Positions 1 to 11,647 of a stretch of DNA of 64,000 bases are shown piece after piece. The position numbers and the translations under genes are program-made. A model generated the notes under the pieces. The model was not told where the DNA came from. It saw only the letters and a list, made by a program, of their open reading frames with translations, and searched no databases. The stretch is from Peribolospora baueri (Eukaryota): NCBI GenBank assembly GCA_029717555.1, contig JAMDHS010000020.1, positions 1 to 64,000 on the forward strand. Reading direction: 5' to 3'. Position 1 is the first letter of the stretch, and the number at the start of each line of letters is the position of its first letter.

Positions 1-72
<72 letters not shown>
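1..72. repeat. Poly(A) homopolymer (>=72 nt), i.e. poly(T) inside an intron of the minus-strand phosphoesterase gene
   Basis: 72 consecutive A's at the window start; a minus-strand GTGAGT donor at 97-102 opens an intron that runs into it. Confidence 0.95.
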
Positions 73-73
<1 letters not shown>

Positions 74-102
74 GGAAAGGTAGTGAACGTAGTGAGACTC
101 AC

Positions 103-1838
103 CATGTCCGTAGAGGACTGTAAGCGGACGGCATGTGTTCTTCCGCTCCTCGGCCTCACCGCCTGCCACAGTGTCCAGACCTCGACTATGCTTATCCGCA
201 CAAGACCGCATGACCTTGTTCCACCCATCGCTCCAAGGTGTCCCTTTGTGTCCGTCCTTCGTCACGCTCCCGTCCTTGAGTAGGCTTCGCATGTTGAGCA
301 GCGCGTACGGGTCCGCGTTCGCTCGCGGCCGCACCAGAAGCGCGAGCTCGGGGTCTGATGGGAGTTTTGCAGAGAGCTGTGAGGCGTCGGAGGCGTTCGA
401 AGGGGCAGAAGACGGGGAGAAGAGGGAACCTAGCTCGGAGAGAGAGGCTAAAGACGAGACGGGTGATTGGAGGGAGTCGACGTCGCGAGGCGCGACCATG
501 CCAGCGTGAACGATGTACGAGTGTAAAGACGGGAGGTGGAGGACAAGCGGGAGGGAGAGCAGGTAGTCATAGTCTTCTCGTGACAGGCGTCTAAATCGAA
601 CGAGGAAATTGAGAAGGAGAAGTAGTTCGCATCAGTCGTCCTTGACCGCCAGGAGCCACCACGAAATCCCGTTGGGCTCACTTTGCAATCTGAAAATGCT
701 CCTGGCCCCATTTCCAGCCATCGGGCACCTTAAGCCCAGAAAGCTGTTCAGCCTCGTCCTTGCCCTTATTCGAGTTGGCGCGCACATCCTCCTCCTCTGC
801 TTCTCGTCGTTCATCGCCCCAGCCGAGCACTTTCTCAAATCGCACCCGATCCTTCTTGCTACCCTTCTGAGACACCCTCTTTTTCGCAGCCTCCATCCAC
901 CCGCGCCATTCGATGACCTTTTGGTCGTGGTTACCTCGCACGCCCTTGGCGCCCACTTCTCGCACGCGAGACAACGTCTTCAAAGACGGCCCAACTCCAC
1001 CTTTAGCTACGAGGTCACCTGCGAGGAGGAGCGTATCGTGCTGAGAGTCGAACGCAATGTGCGAGAGAAGGGCGCTACGAACAGAGAGTGGCAAACGATC
1101 AGGGTTTCCGCCTCAGTGTGGGACAGGCATTTGGCCGCGAACTCACTTGAATTCCTTCACGCTTCCATGCAAATCCCCAACAACGATCAATCGTCTCGCG
1201 CGCGGGCCTTTACCCTCGCCTTCAAGCCCGAGATCCTCCTCCTTGATCTGCCGGTAGTGAATGTAGTGAGCGTAGTCGTGATCTTTCCCCTTGGACTGTT
1301 TGCTCAGCATGAACGCCTCGTCGGAAGAGATGACGGCAAAGTTAGACGAAGTGGGATCGACGTTGAGCTGGCCTACCAAACCGTCCGTCGCTTGTGGTAC
1401 GTCGCCAAGATTGACGCTCTTCCCCCCTACCCACTCTCTCCAGTTCCGCGCGACATCGACTCGCCTTCTGCGGTCGTCGAAGATGCCGAGCCAGAGAAGA
1501 ATGAGGAAGAAAGAGGCAAGAACGACAAAGGCAAAGGTTCGGCGCACGGAGTCGGGGGAGGAGGAAGAAACTGGAAGAACGGCGTCCCAGGCCGAGGCGC
1601 TCTTGGGCATGCGGTTGCCCTGGCCCTGGGCCAACAGTTTGCCGGGCGCGTGGTGGTGCGGGAGGGTAGAGGCGCGGGGGGTGGTCGCCGAACGCCACAG
1701 CTTCATGGAGGTGGGTGAGGTGAAGGTGGTAGGGGAAGACGACGGTGGTGTGAGAGGAGGAAGTTGGCCCGCATCACCGGCGCCTAACGACATGGTTGTT
1801 CTTGCCCCTGTCAGTTTTCGCACGACCATTGAGACCAT
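103..1838 (-). CDS. Calcineurin-like metallophosphoesterase (PPN2/ApaH-like) with N-terminal membrane anchor; 3' end lies outside the window
   Basis: Spliced motifs in order: IVVGDLHG, LAGDLVAKG, VRGNHD, YIVHAG, LNMRSL, VLYGH (followed by a donor at 102). Hydrophobic TM segment FAFVVLASFFLILLWLGIF. Start codon uncertain (1838 or later). Confidence 0.85.
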
Positions 1839-2084
1839 CCGAACCGCTCACCGTTGATCGCCGCAGCAGGAGACGCAGATAGCCAGGCCATGACGTCGGG
1901 GTTTGTTTGACATGATACGAAGAGGAAACTCCAAGGCGGAAAGGAGGCAAGCCTTCCTCCGCCTCCACTCCGACTTCAATTTCGTCTGCGTTGATTGCGC
2001 GAGGCAGGCACGCAACTCAAAGGGAACCTGATGTTACACGTATTGTATCACGACTACTGTACACAAGGCCCGTGCATGCTCGCT

Positions 2085-3491
2085 TCACGAGACACCCCCA
2101 GGGCGCACGGACGCGGCCATGCTGGCCAGAAAAGGGTCCCTTCGTTTGCTGGTGTTCTGTAGAATCTGCGAGGTCAACTTGGAGGCAGCCGTCTGTCGCT
2201 TCTTAGATGGTGGCGCGACCGAGCTAGAGCTCGCATGTCTGCCGGCGTCGGCGGGGACTCGATGTCGTCGGATAGGCGTATTGCTGCCTGATGGGGGCAC
2301 GAGCATCGCGGAATGCAATGAAGGCGGGCGAGAGCGACGGAGAGGCGGATGGGACATGGACGACGCAGACGATGCTCCGGCTTCTCCCCGATCCGGGCGA
2401 TGCGAGTTCGACGAACGTCCATGTGCTCGGAGACCACTCGACCGGTCTGTGGACGACTTCGGGCCCTCATCCACTATTCGCCGCTTGTCCGAGCGCACCG
2501 TAGCCGCTCGTTCGAGAGCCAGATCAAGGCGGGGCCTCTTCCTGCCTGCCTCCTCCCCATTCCCGTCCTCCCCGCCGTCCGTCAGCCGGCCCCTCTCCAG
2601 CCACCGACTTCGCGCCTCCTCCCGCACCTCATCCTCGTCCACCAATCGCTTGCTACTATCCCATCCAATCCGTCTTCGCACTCTTTCGTCTGCCGCTTCG
2701 CGCGTCTGCGCGCGGTGCTTCTCCTCACGGAACGACTTGCGGAGCTTGGACGAGAGCGTGTAGGGGTCCGACCATGATGCAGCAGACACCTCTTCCAGTT
2801 CTTCGAGCCGCTCCGCGTCCTTAAGCATGCGGGATTTATCCTCTGTTGACTTCTCCAGCGCAGCGAATGCGTCGGGAGGCGCGGCTGTCGAACTCTCCGG
2901 CTTCGTCGGGTCCTCGGTGATCGCGAAGCCGCCGTTCTCGGCTGGGTCCCATTCTTCCACCTTTTGTCGGGCGCCTGACTCGACCACGTAGCGGGCGTTC
3001 TAGGAGAAAAAAGGGGACAAACGGAAAGGAATGGTCCGGTCCGGACGACGGGTGGGTGAGCGCCACGGTGATGGTGAGCACACGTCAGCATCATTGCCAC
3101 ACTTACCTTTGGGTCCGTGCGAATCTCGAACCAATGACTACAGAGATGGCACTTGCACCGAAAGCCCCAGATGGGCGTCGAGTAGTAGTTTCCGACCTTT
3201 TTCTTCTCAGCGTTGTACCGCACGCCTTGGCCGATCATGGAGTCGCACCCGCCGCACCAGATGTTGAATGGGAGCTCGAAGCGGACGATGAGGATGCCTT
3301 GGTCGAGCTTGCGCGCGCGGTCGCCCAGGGGGTGCTTGCCATGCAACTGGTTAAGCGTCGCCTTACGCGGATCGTGGTCTGGCGGATAGTACCGCCCCAT
3401 GTTGAAGCCCTGCGTTAAGAAGGCGTACAGCGTCAACGCTCACGTACAATGACGCTCTCGCATACGGTTGGTCCGTTCTACCCACCTGCAT
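2085..3491 (-). CDS. CWC16: CWC16/YJU2-family (CCDC130/YJU2B-like) splicing factor
   Basis: Exon 1 ATGCAG (3486-3491), then GFNMGRYYPP...VRFELPFNIWCGGC...GVRYNAEKKKVGNYYSTPIWGFRCKCHLC...IRTDPK|NARYVVESGAR; stop at 2085. Confidence 0.92.
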
Positions 3492-4520
3492 CTTGACAGA
3501 TCACGCCTTCCAACAATGCAAACACTGATAGACAGTCGGGCGGTAAAAAGGCACTAGTGCAGCCTGGCGGTCGCAGAGGTGTGAAGGTAAGATGTGGTGG
3601 TGGTGTTGACTGAGGTTAAGGTCGTCTGTAGTGACCGGCTGATACGGCAGCGAGCTAGTAATCTCACAATGATTGCCGCAGCACCCGGCTGCGAATGAGA
3701 CGACGCCTTCTATCATCTCGTCGTCCCACCACGCCACCTCATGCCATCCCAAAATCAAATCCCCACTCCAAAGAGAGCAGCGCTCCGGTCCAGATCGGTG
3801 CGGAGAAACGCTGTCGCATACCGAAGAGAGGAGCACTGCTGTCCAGATCGGTGCCGGCAGCTCTGCCACCATCTACGCCTGTCGCGACACTCCTGCGCTT
3901 TCACGAGTATCTAATTTTGCCATCCGGCAGAGCTGCAGAGGGAATAAAAAGCCCTCATCGACCGAGTATATGAAGACGAAATATTGTGCGTAAGATTCTT
4001 CATCGCACGAGCAAGGGGAGCGGCTGGCTGACGGTGTGCGTGACGACTGTGTGCGCAACTGCGTGCGGCGTTGTGGAAGTGGTCTAATCTGCCGATGACG
4101 GGGATGTCATGCCCCTTTGGAAAAAGGAGGAATCGAAGCAGAGTCGTCACCGGAAGATAGGACAAAAACGGTTGCGTCGAACGCATCAGTGCGGGCATCG
4201 CCCGACAGCTGATCCCGTCTTCCCTTAATATTTGCAAGTCGGACCACATGATGGACGGTGTCCATCAGCTCGTCTAATCCCATTGTGGGAACGGCGCCTC
4301 CTTCCTCCAGGTTCGATATGGCGGCCTCTTCTACGGTGCGTTGAAAAGTCTGCGGGATGATGAGCGAGCCAGACGGAAATTGGACCGAACGTTGAGGTAA
4401 GGAGTCTCTGCAACGCACGTGGCGAGGCGGCGATGGCTACACGTGACCTCATGTTGGGAAATTTGGAAATATCGCAATGACCTCTCTCGACGGCAGGACT
4501 CCATTTACGAGCACCTTACC

Positions 4521-5955
4521 ATGGCACAGACTAGGAAGCTTCGTGTCGGGTACGGTGCGTAGGAACAGGGGGGAGGAAAAAACCAACCACCCAGCTCTAT
4601 CTGAATCCTTCCCCATATTTTGGGCCTCGCTCTTATCATTTGCCTTTCCCGTCCATGCAGTCCCCGAACACTTTTCCTCCCCGCTCCTTCAAGCGGCCGC
4701 TACTCCAGAGGGCAGAGAGATATTTGAGCTGGTCTCGCAGCCTTCGGGTACGGGACAGATGCAGACGAGTTTGGCGGAGGACAAGATCGACGTCGCCGTC
4801 GCCCTCACGGAGGCGGTCATCGCTGGGATCGCCAAAGGGCGAACAGACTACAAGCTTGTTGGAAGCTACGTTGATACGCCGCTGAATTGGTGAGAAGCGG
4901 CCGCCTTTGTATCCGTGTGTGCCCTTCTGGCTTGTCATGCCATGTCTCACGTCCGCTGGGGAGGATCGTTTCACTGAACTTGCTTCGAGGGCCGTGCGAT
5001 GTCCGACACCAAAGGGCCGTCATCACGGGCAGGAATGCACCGTACAACTCGATCTCCGACCTCCGGGGGACGACCATTGGCATCAGCCGGATAGGTTCGG
5101 GATCCCAGGTCATGGCGTCCGTCATGGCGCTTCAGCACGGGTGGAAGGATGCGGACGGAGGGGTGGATAAACTTGATTTTAAGAGTGAGCGGACTAGCAC
5201 TTTGGTTCAGCGGGACAGAGCAGAAGTCCAGTTTCTATCAACCTAATCCCAAGCGTTCCTTCTTTTTTGGCACCCCTCTCAAGTTAACGACACCTTCGAG
5301 AAACTCCGGCAGTCCGTTAACGACGGTACGACTTCGTGCTTCATGTGGGAGTGGTGAGTCGGACACGAAGTTATCCTTCGAGGCGATGGCCGTTGGGGCG
5401 TTCAATTAATTCCTTCCGATATCGATGGCAGGTTCACCACCAAGCCGTTCCAGGACAATGGCGAGGTTCGCTTCATTGGCAATCAACTGGTGAGCCATAG
5501 ACGTCTTCATCGGTCCGTCGCCATCGCCGCGCTCACCCATCTCGTCTATCGGGGGACCCTCGTTTTCGACCCTATGCATGCAGACGCCCTGGCCGTCCTG
5601 GACCATCGCAGCTTCGACCGACGTGTCCCGCGCGCCTGCGTCGCAGCTCCAAGCCTTCTTCTCCCTCGTCGCCAAGCACACCGCCTCCTTCGGCTCCGCC
5701 GAGTCTCGAAACGGTCCAGCGGTGGAATTCATCAAGGGCCACTTCGGCTATGACGAGAAAGACGTCCGCGACTGGCTCAAGACGTGCACGTGGGTAGGCG
5801 AAAAGGGCGACGCGGAGAGGGTGGGCAGCGTGTCCAAGTCGGTGGTCGAACAGACCCTTGCCACGCTCGGCACCGCCGGCGTGGTCACCGCACCGGCCGC
5901 AGGTTGGGACGTGCGCAGCTTTGTCAACACGGATGCCTGCAAGCTCTTGTCGTAG
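4521..5955 (+). CDS. Ca3427-like type-2 periplasmic-binding-fold protein (SsuA/NMT1-THI5-like)
   Basis: MAQTRKLRVGY|VPEHFSSPL, GTGQM, IDVAVALTEA, YVDTPLNW, IGISRIGSGSQVM, FMWE|WFTTKP, TPWPSW; multi-exon with GT-AG introns. Confidence 0.85.
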
Positions 5956-6329
5956 ACGCCGAAGGGCCGAGAAGAAGGAGAAGAATAGAACGAATTCGCG
6001 ATGAAACAGGGTCAGCCGACCTAGACGTGTCTCTGTAGGCACTCGTCGTATGCCCTGGATAGGGGCATTTGGTCGGCTGCGGCACACGCCGGTTGCGGTT
6101 CGACTGCCAACCGTCAGCTGGTCAGGGCGCAGAGAAAGCGCAGGATAGGGGAACACATGAAGACACAAGCGCGCGGTTCTGGGATCTTCCGAAGCAGTCC
6201 GCTCCTTGGAAATTCGAGGCGCGCTAGAGAAGAGAAATCTCGAAAGGAGGTCGCAGTTATGCTGGAAAACATCATCAAAGAATGCAGTGCTATTCTCCAG
6301 TGACAAAGCAGTGACAAGGAGACAACCCT

Positions 6330-9300
6330 TTAGCGACTCCTTCCGTCACCGTCCTCGTCTTCGCCGTCCGAAGGGTCAAGACCACTCCACCTCCTCATAC
6401 GCCACCTGCCCATCCTCTCCCTTTCTACCCGTGTCGGAGGGACCCATCTAGTGATGATGGCAGCCACGAGAGACATAATCCCTCCGAATCGCAGCACCCA
6501 ACCCACGCCTGTCTCAGGGGTGAACGCTTCCGATGAGGGAGCGTGGGGCGGCGGCGGCAGAGGCTTTGTAGTGGTTTTGGCTAGCCTAAATATGACAGAG
6601 GCGACGATGGCGACCTGAGCAGGGAGAACAAAGGGTGGAACATTAGCTGGAAGCTCCTAAACGGTCTTGAGATACTCCGCATTGAAGAAGGCGCCAGTCC
6701 ACTCACAATGAACTGAGGAACGACGACGGAAAGGTTGTGAACTCCCAGAATCGTACCGCCCTCTTCCTCGCCACCCGATGCGGCGAGTTCGCCACTGTCA
6801 CTCCAGCCTTCAACGTCGCTGCCAGACCTCCTTCTTCTCCGAGAAGAATTGGGACTGCTCTCGCGACGAATGAGTGGTTCTCGACAGTCGCCTAGAGCAC
6901 GCTGGAGCTGGTGTCTCGCCGTAGACGTCTCCGCCGCCGCCGAGGCGGAGGCGTACGCCGGGCGATGACCTCGCTCAGAAGATGAGATCGAGTCGTCGTC
7001 ATCAAATTCGTAAGGAGAAGTGCCTTCGCGGTGTTCTTTCGCAAACTCCATCACCTGGAAGCCGTTTACGGGGACACCGTCAAGTTAGAACTCCAACGGC
7101 CAGGAAAGCAGGTCGCAGGTCTACACTCACCAAAGCAAACGGCACCCATGCGGCCACCGCCCAGGAAACGCCGACGAGAGCGATCACAGCCGTTGCCTAG
7201 ACAATGAAAGTAGCATGCAATTTGAGGGTTCGATCCCGGAGAGCACTCATTAGAAAATGTTGGACTCACCCCTTCGACGGTGGTGACAAAGAAGGTAGAC
7301 AGCATGACCACGAAGAACACCAGCTGACCGCCCGTCCCTGTAGGTGCGGAATTGTGAGTAACTGTTCAGCAGACGCACCCTACCATTACAATTAGCATCA
7401 ACTTCCAACCTACAGATGTTGCGTAGCGTGAAGTAACGCTGTACTTTGGCCTTCCATGACATCGCTTTCCTCGTCGTCTTGCGAAGTAGTGGCGTCTTGG
7501 CGGTAGTCTCCGCGGGCAACGTTGACGAGTCGTTCTGAGTCGCATCTCCGTCCACACTAGCCGCCCCTTCAGTGGGCTGCGAGGCGACGTCAGGGTATTC
7601 CGACGGGGACGCCGCTACGTCTTCATCGTCAGCCATATATGGCAGGAAGATGCCAACGATCATGGCAACAATTGAATATCTACGAGGCAGCCCGCAAGAA
7701 CCGAAGTAAAACGGTTAGTGACATGTACCTTCAAAAAACGCGGGAAAATGGGGATAAGATCTCACAGCAGCAAAGCAAAAGACCCTTTCTCCGTCGCCAC
7801 ATCGGGGTCAGGCGGGTGTCGCAGCTGGTTGGTCATAATCTCCGCTATGAAGGTAGTGCTATAGAACAGAAACGGAAACCTGATTTCAAGAGAAGCCAGC
7901 GCCGTTACATATATGTAAGCAAACAATCTCTACATGTATAAATTGAACAGAAAAATGGTTACCTGCTTACCATCCCATGAACGCGAAGAACTGCACGGCA
8001 CAGACACGCCGGATAGGACGAGGAAGATGTCGGATCGTGTCCCAGATGTTCTCGAAGATTTCGACAAATTTGCTGTCAAGGACCAAATGCCCAGGGACGT
8101 ATTAAGCGTCTCGAGATGACGATCATTTTCAGCCGACCCTGGGGTTGAGATCCTCACCTCTTCCCGCCCCTATTCCTCCTCGCGGCCAAATTTTCGCCCT
8201 CGTCCTGGGTCCAGCAGGTGATCGCCAAGCTGATCGCCAAAAAGATGATCGCTACAAGACACAGTTTTCGGAACTGTCCGCCTCCGAGGAACGCCAGCGC
8301 CTCCCACTGCGAGAGATCAAGCCAGCCTGGTGCAACCACGGACATGACGATCAACGAGAGCATGGCATATAAGTGCTCGTCGAAGGGTCCTGCATACCGA
8401 AAGTAAAGCCGATGATGTTTCCGGCGTGCGTCATTCGCCCGTGCCAAGCGTTGGCTTGATTCTGCTGCTCGGCCGGAGCTCGATCGAGGATGAGCTGGGG
8501 GCAGTTCCGAAAAAGGAAGTTCCGAGAATCGACTTCGTGAGAAATTTTTTTTACACAGTCGCGCAGACGGCGCACCGACGATGCGCTCGAGTTCGTTTCT
8601 GCACTGCTTCACTCACAGCCCTACATATCGCCTGCAAAGCATTGAGACTAAAGTCCAACACATAGAAATTGACGATGGCAATCGCCCTTGCCCAGTGCTT
8701 GATATACTCCTTTCTGCTGGGGTCCCAATCACCCTGTCCTCCGCCCAATAAATCCACGATGACGGTGGATACTTCTATGCTGAAGGCGATGAGCAGGGTA
8801 GACAGGGCAACGAGAAAGCCGGACATGGCAATGTGGAAGCGTCTCCGATATCTCGAGTTCGAAGAATCGGAGATGGAACCTGCGATACAAAGAGAAAAAC
8901 AGGCGGATATCATCAGCATGTCAATCGCCATGCTGCCGCCTGAAGTAGATCAAACCTCACCAATCACAGGTTGGGCGACGAGGCCGCTGATCGGCCCTGC
9001 GAGCCAAACGAGGGACGTCAACTCCTTGGACAGCCCCAAAGAGAGAAGGAATGGAGTGCCGTATCTGCCAAGAAAAAAAAATTAATTCAGACAGCACTTA
9101 AGCAAAACAGGTCCGTGCACAGGGGAGACCTAGAGACAATGCAGACCAGCGGTCAAAAGCTATTCACGCTAGTTCCAATGTCCAAGTGAGCTGCGCTCCG
9201 CCCATGCTGATCGTCAAACATATCATGTCCCACGTGCTCAGACTCTTCTCGAATGGTGACCTAAGTCCCATGTATCTGTTGGAGTCGTCGCTTGACGTCA

Positions 9301-9481
9301 CTTCCCGTCCGTCATAAGAGCGTAATTGATGGAGAGCAGGAGACACATTCTGCTTGTATCGGCCATAGGAGGCACGGGACGGCTGGCTGAAGCGCAGGTG
9401 GCCAGATGCAGCAGGCGTATGAGAGTGGCTAAGGCTTGCAGGCGGCTCTTGAGAGCGTGAAGTGTTGGCTTGAGCCGCCAT
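6330..9481 (-). CDS. MFS GPH-family sucrose/alpha-glucoside:H+ symporter (SLC45/Sut1-like)
   Basis: LTISMGGAQLTWTLEL, GTPFLLSLGL, VWLAGPISGLVAQPVIGSISD..SRYRRR, LDFSLNALQA, ANAWHGRMTHAGNIIG, GTILGVHNLSVVVPQF; TAA at 6330-6332. Confidence 0.9.
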
Positions 9482-9706
9482 GGTAAAAGAGAGTTGCTTG
9501 GGCAGGGTGAAGATGGAGATTGTCTAGTTGGTGGTATAAGATAAGTTCACTAAGCGGGGCCTCGCGGGGATCAGCGGCAGAGAGCGGAATGATCGGGAAT
9601 TGCAGTCATCTGACGCATGACGAGCGGCTCCGCCTGACCGACCTTCTTAACAGACAGAGGCTTGTTTCGTTGACTTCTCTTGTTTCGTTGACTTTTCCTC
9701 GACAAC

Positions 9707-11529
9707 ATGTTGTTGGTCGCGGCTAGGGGAGGGCTCGCTACGAGAGCCCGGGCACGAGGGATATGGACATCGGCGGCTACCGTTGTTTCAGCGGACCCAC
9801 ATACGGCCATGAAAAAACTCCAAGAAAGCCTGGCTAGTCTAGCTGGGCCGACACCGGCTGACGATCCGCCTCCTGCGCTCTTTTATACTTTGTCAAAATC
9901 CAACCCTCGACTGCAGGAGGCACTGGACCTCATTAGAGCCTGCTCGAGCACTTCTGCTGGTTGCTTGACGGACGACCTCCACGATTCAACTCAAGCATAT
10001 CACGTCATCTCTCTCGCTGCTTTCCGCCCGTCTTCGTCCCACTCTGTGGTCCCCTTTTTTTCCGCCATTCCGGGTCGGTCGAAAATCGAGGTTGGAAGGT
10101 GGATGACAGGGGAGAGGAGCAAGGAGGGCAGCTGGAGGGAATTGGACTTTGAAGCCGTGTCCGAGGGTAGACCAGATTGGAGGAGCTTGTGGGCGAAGGA
10201 GAATGCCTCGTTGCAAGTCCCTGAAGAACTTGCAAACTTGAGGTGCGCTAGGGTGCTCGTTTTAAAAAGACAAACGCCCCTTCTAACCTGTATCAACAAT
10301 GACCTCATTCCCTTTCTTAATACTCTCCCTCCAGGTCACAGGATGTCCGCTCAATAGCGGTGTTTACAGATACTGCTCCGGAGGGCCTATTGGAGGGTCT
10401 AGATGGTCGCTTCCCTCTCGCCGACAAGGTATGTCCAGCGCTGCTGCTCACACGTATGAGACGTGTCTGTCGGCGAAACCAGTTTTCTGAAGAGCCTTCT
10501 GATCCATCAATTAGCTAGGTCTTGTGGCCTCCTCTACGCCTTTCGTCACTGGTCGACCTTTCACCATGCTGCTCGGCGACAAAGTCGTCGAGTCAGGAGC
10601 TGTGGGATTTGCTCTGTGCGACTCGTCAGGCGCATCTAGTCTTCGAGGGTCGCGACTAGAGTTCAACTCTCTGTCACCGCTCGGACCACGGGAAAAGGTG
10701 ACGAGGTGGGTCCTTGGGCGCTGGTATTGGTAGTATGCTTGCTACTTCTGGAGCAAGCCTCTCGTTTTTTGCTCTTTTTTTTCTCTACAGCGCCCACGAC
10801 AATATCATATCCTCCCTCTCAAACGAAAATGCCACCCACCTCCTTCTCCATCGAATACGTCAGCGAAAAGCGGAAATAGGTGAACTTTCGCTGAAGCAGG
10901 CTCCTTCCCTTGTCAGTAAGGAGGAAGATTTTTGGGCAGGAGTGTATAAGTCGGTGGAGGACGCAGATGTGAGCGTTTCCGTAATTGGGAATACTGCTTT
11001 CTAGCGCGTGCACCAGAGCTCACTCTCCCGAAACCACATCTGGTCATGTCTGGACACAGCCACTGTGCGTCGTGCGCATCACCTCTGGGGACCCGTCCCG
11101 AGGAAGCATGGCGCTCGAGATGGACGACGTCATCGAAGAAGGTTCGTTCGTTCAGGTGAGTCCTGAGCAACGTTTCGCTGCGAAGGATGTCATAAACTCA
11201 GCATGCCACGCACGGCATCTCGGCCTTCTTTTTCGTTCCACTAGTTCTTCGAACGTCCTCAAACGAGCCCAGCGAGTTTGGACCACGAGAGCAGCTCGAA
11301 CTCGTCGATCGGAGGTACCGAACTGCGTTTCCAAGTTTCTCTGCCGATCGAGGAACTGGAAGCAGTGGGCTTCCAAACGTCCGTTAACAACACCCAAGTT
11401 GACACTCTCGTCTTTCCAAAAACTTTTATTGCCGTCAGCGAGAACGGCTTCGTGGTCAGTTCTCGTGATCGGCGACGCAAGAGCTGGATTTGTAAAGTTC
11501 CGGGTTCCGTGCAGTATTCTTTCCTGTAA
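9707..11529 (+). CDS. Fungal FIST-domain protein, probably mitochondrial
   Basis: GLVASSTPFVTGRPFTML..SGAVGFAL, PLGPREKVT|AHDNIISSL, ITSGDPSRGSMALE..EGSFVQF, SENGF; Arg-rich, acid-free N-terminus. Confidence 0.72.
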
Positions 11530-11647
11530 AGTCTGAAGGAGAAGGATATAGTACAATACGTGGGCGCCGCTAGAGAATTTGCGCGAATTCGACATCATGA
11601 TGGACATGGGAACAGAAACGAGTAGGAGCTGTGCAAGAGCAGCGGGA

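Noticed and set aside
609..1718. 369-aa plus-strand ORF and many similar long antisense ORFs
   Set aside because: Shadow frames of GC-rich genes on the opposite strand; no motifs.
7225..7245. GGGTTCGATCCC, tRNA T-arm-like
   Set aside because: No D-arm, anticodon arm or acceptor stem; it lies in an intron of the transporter gene.
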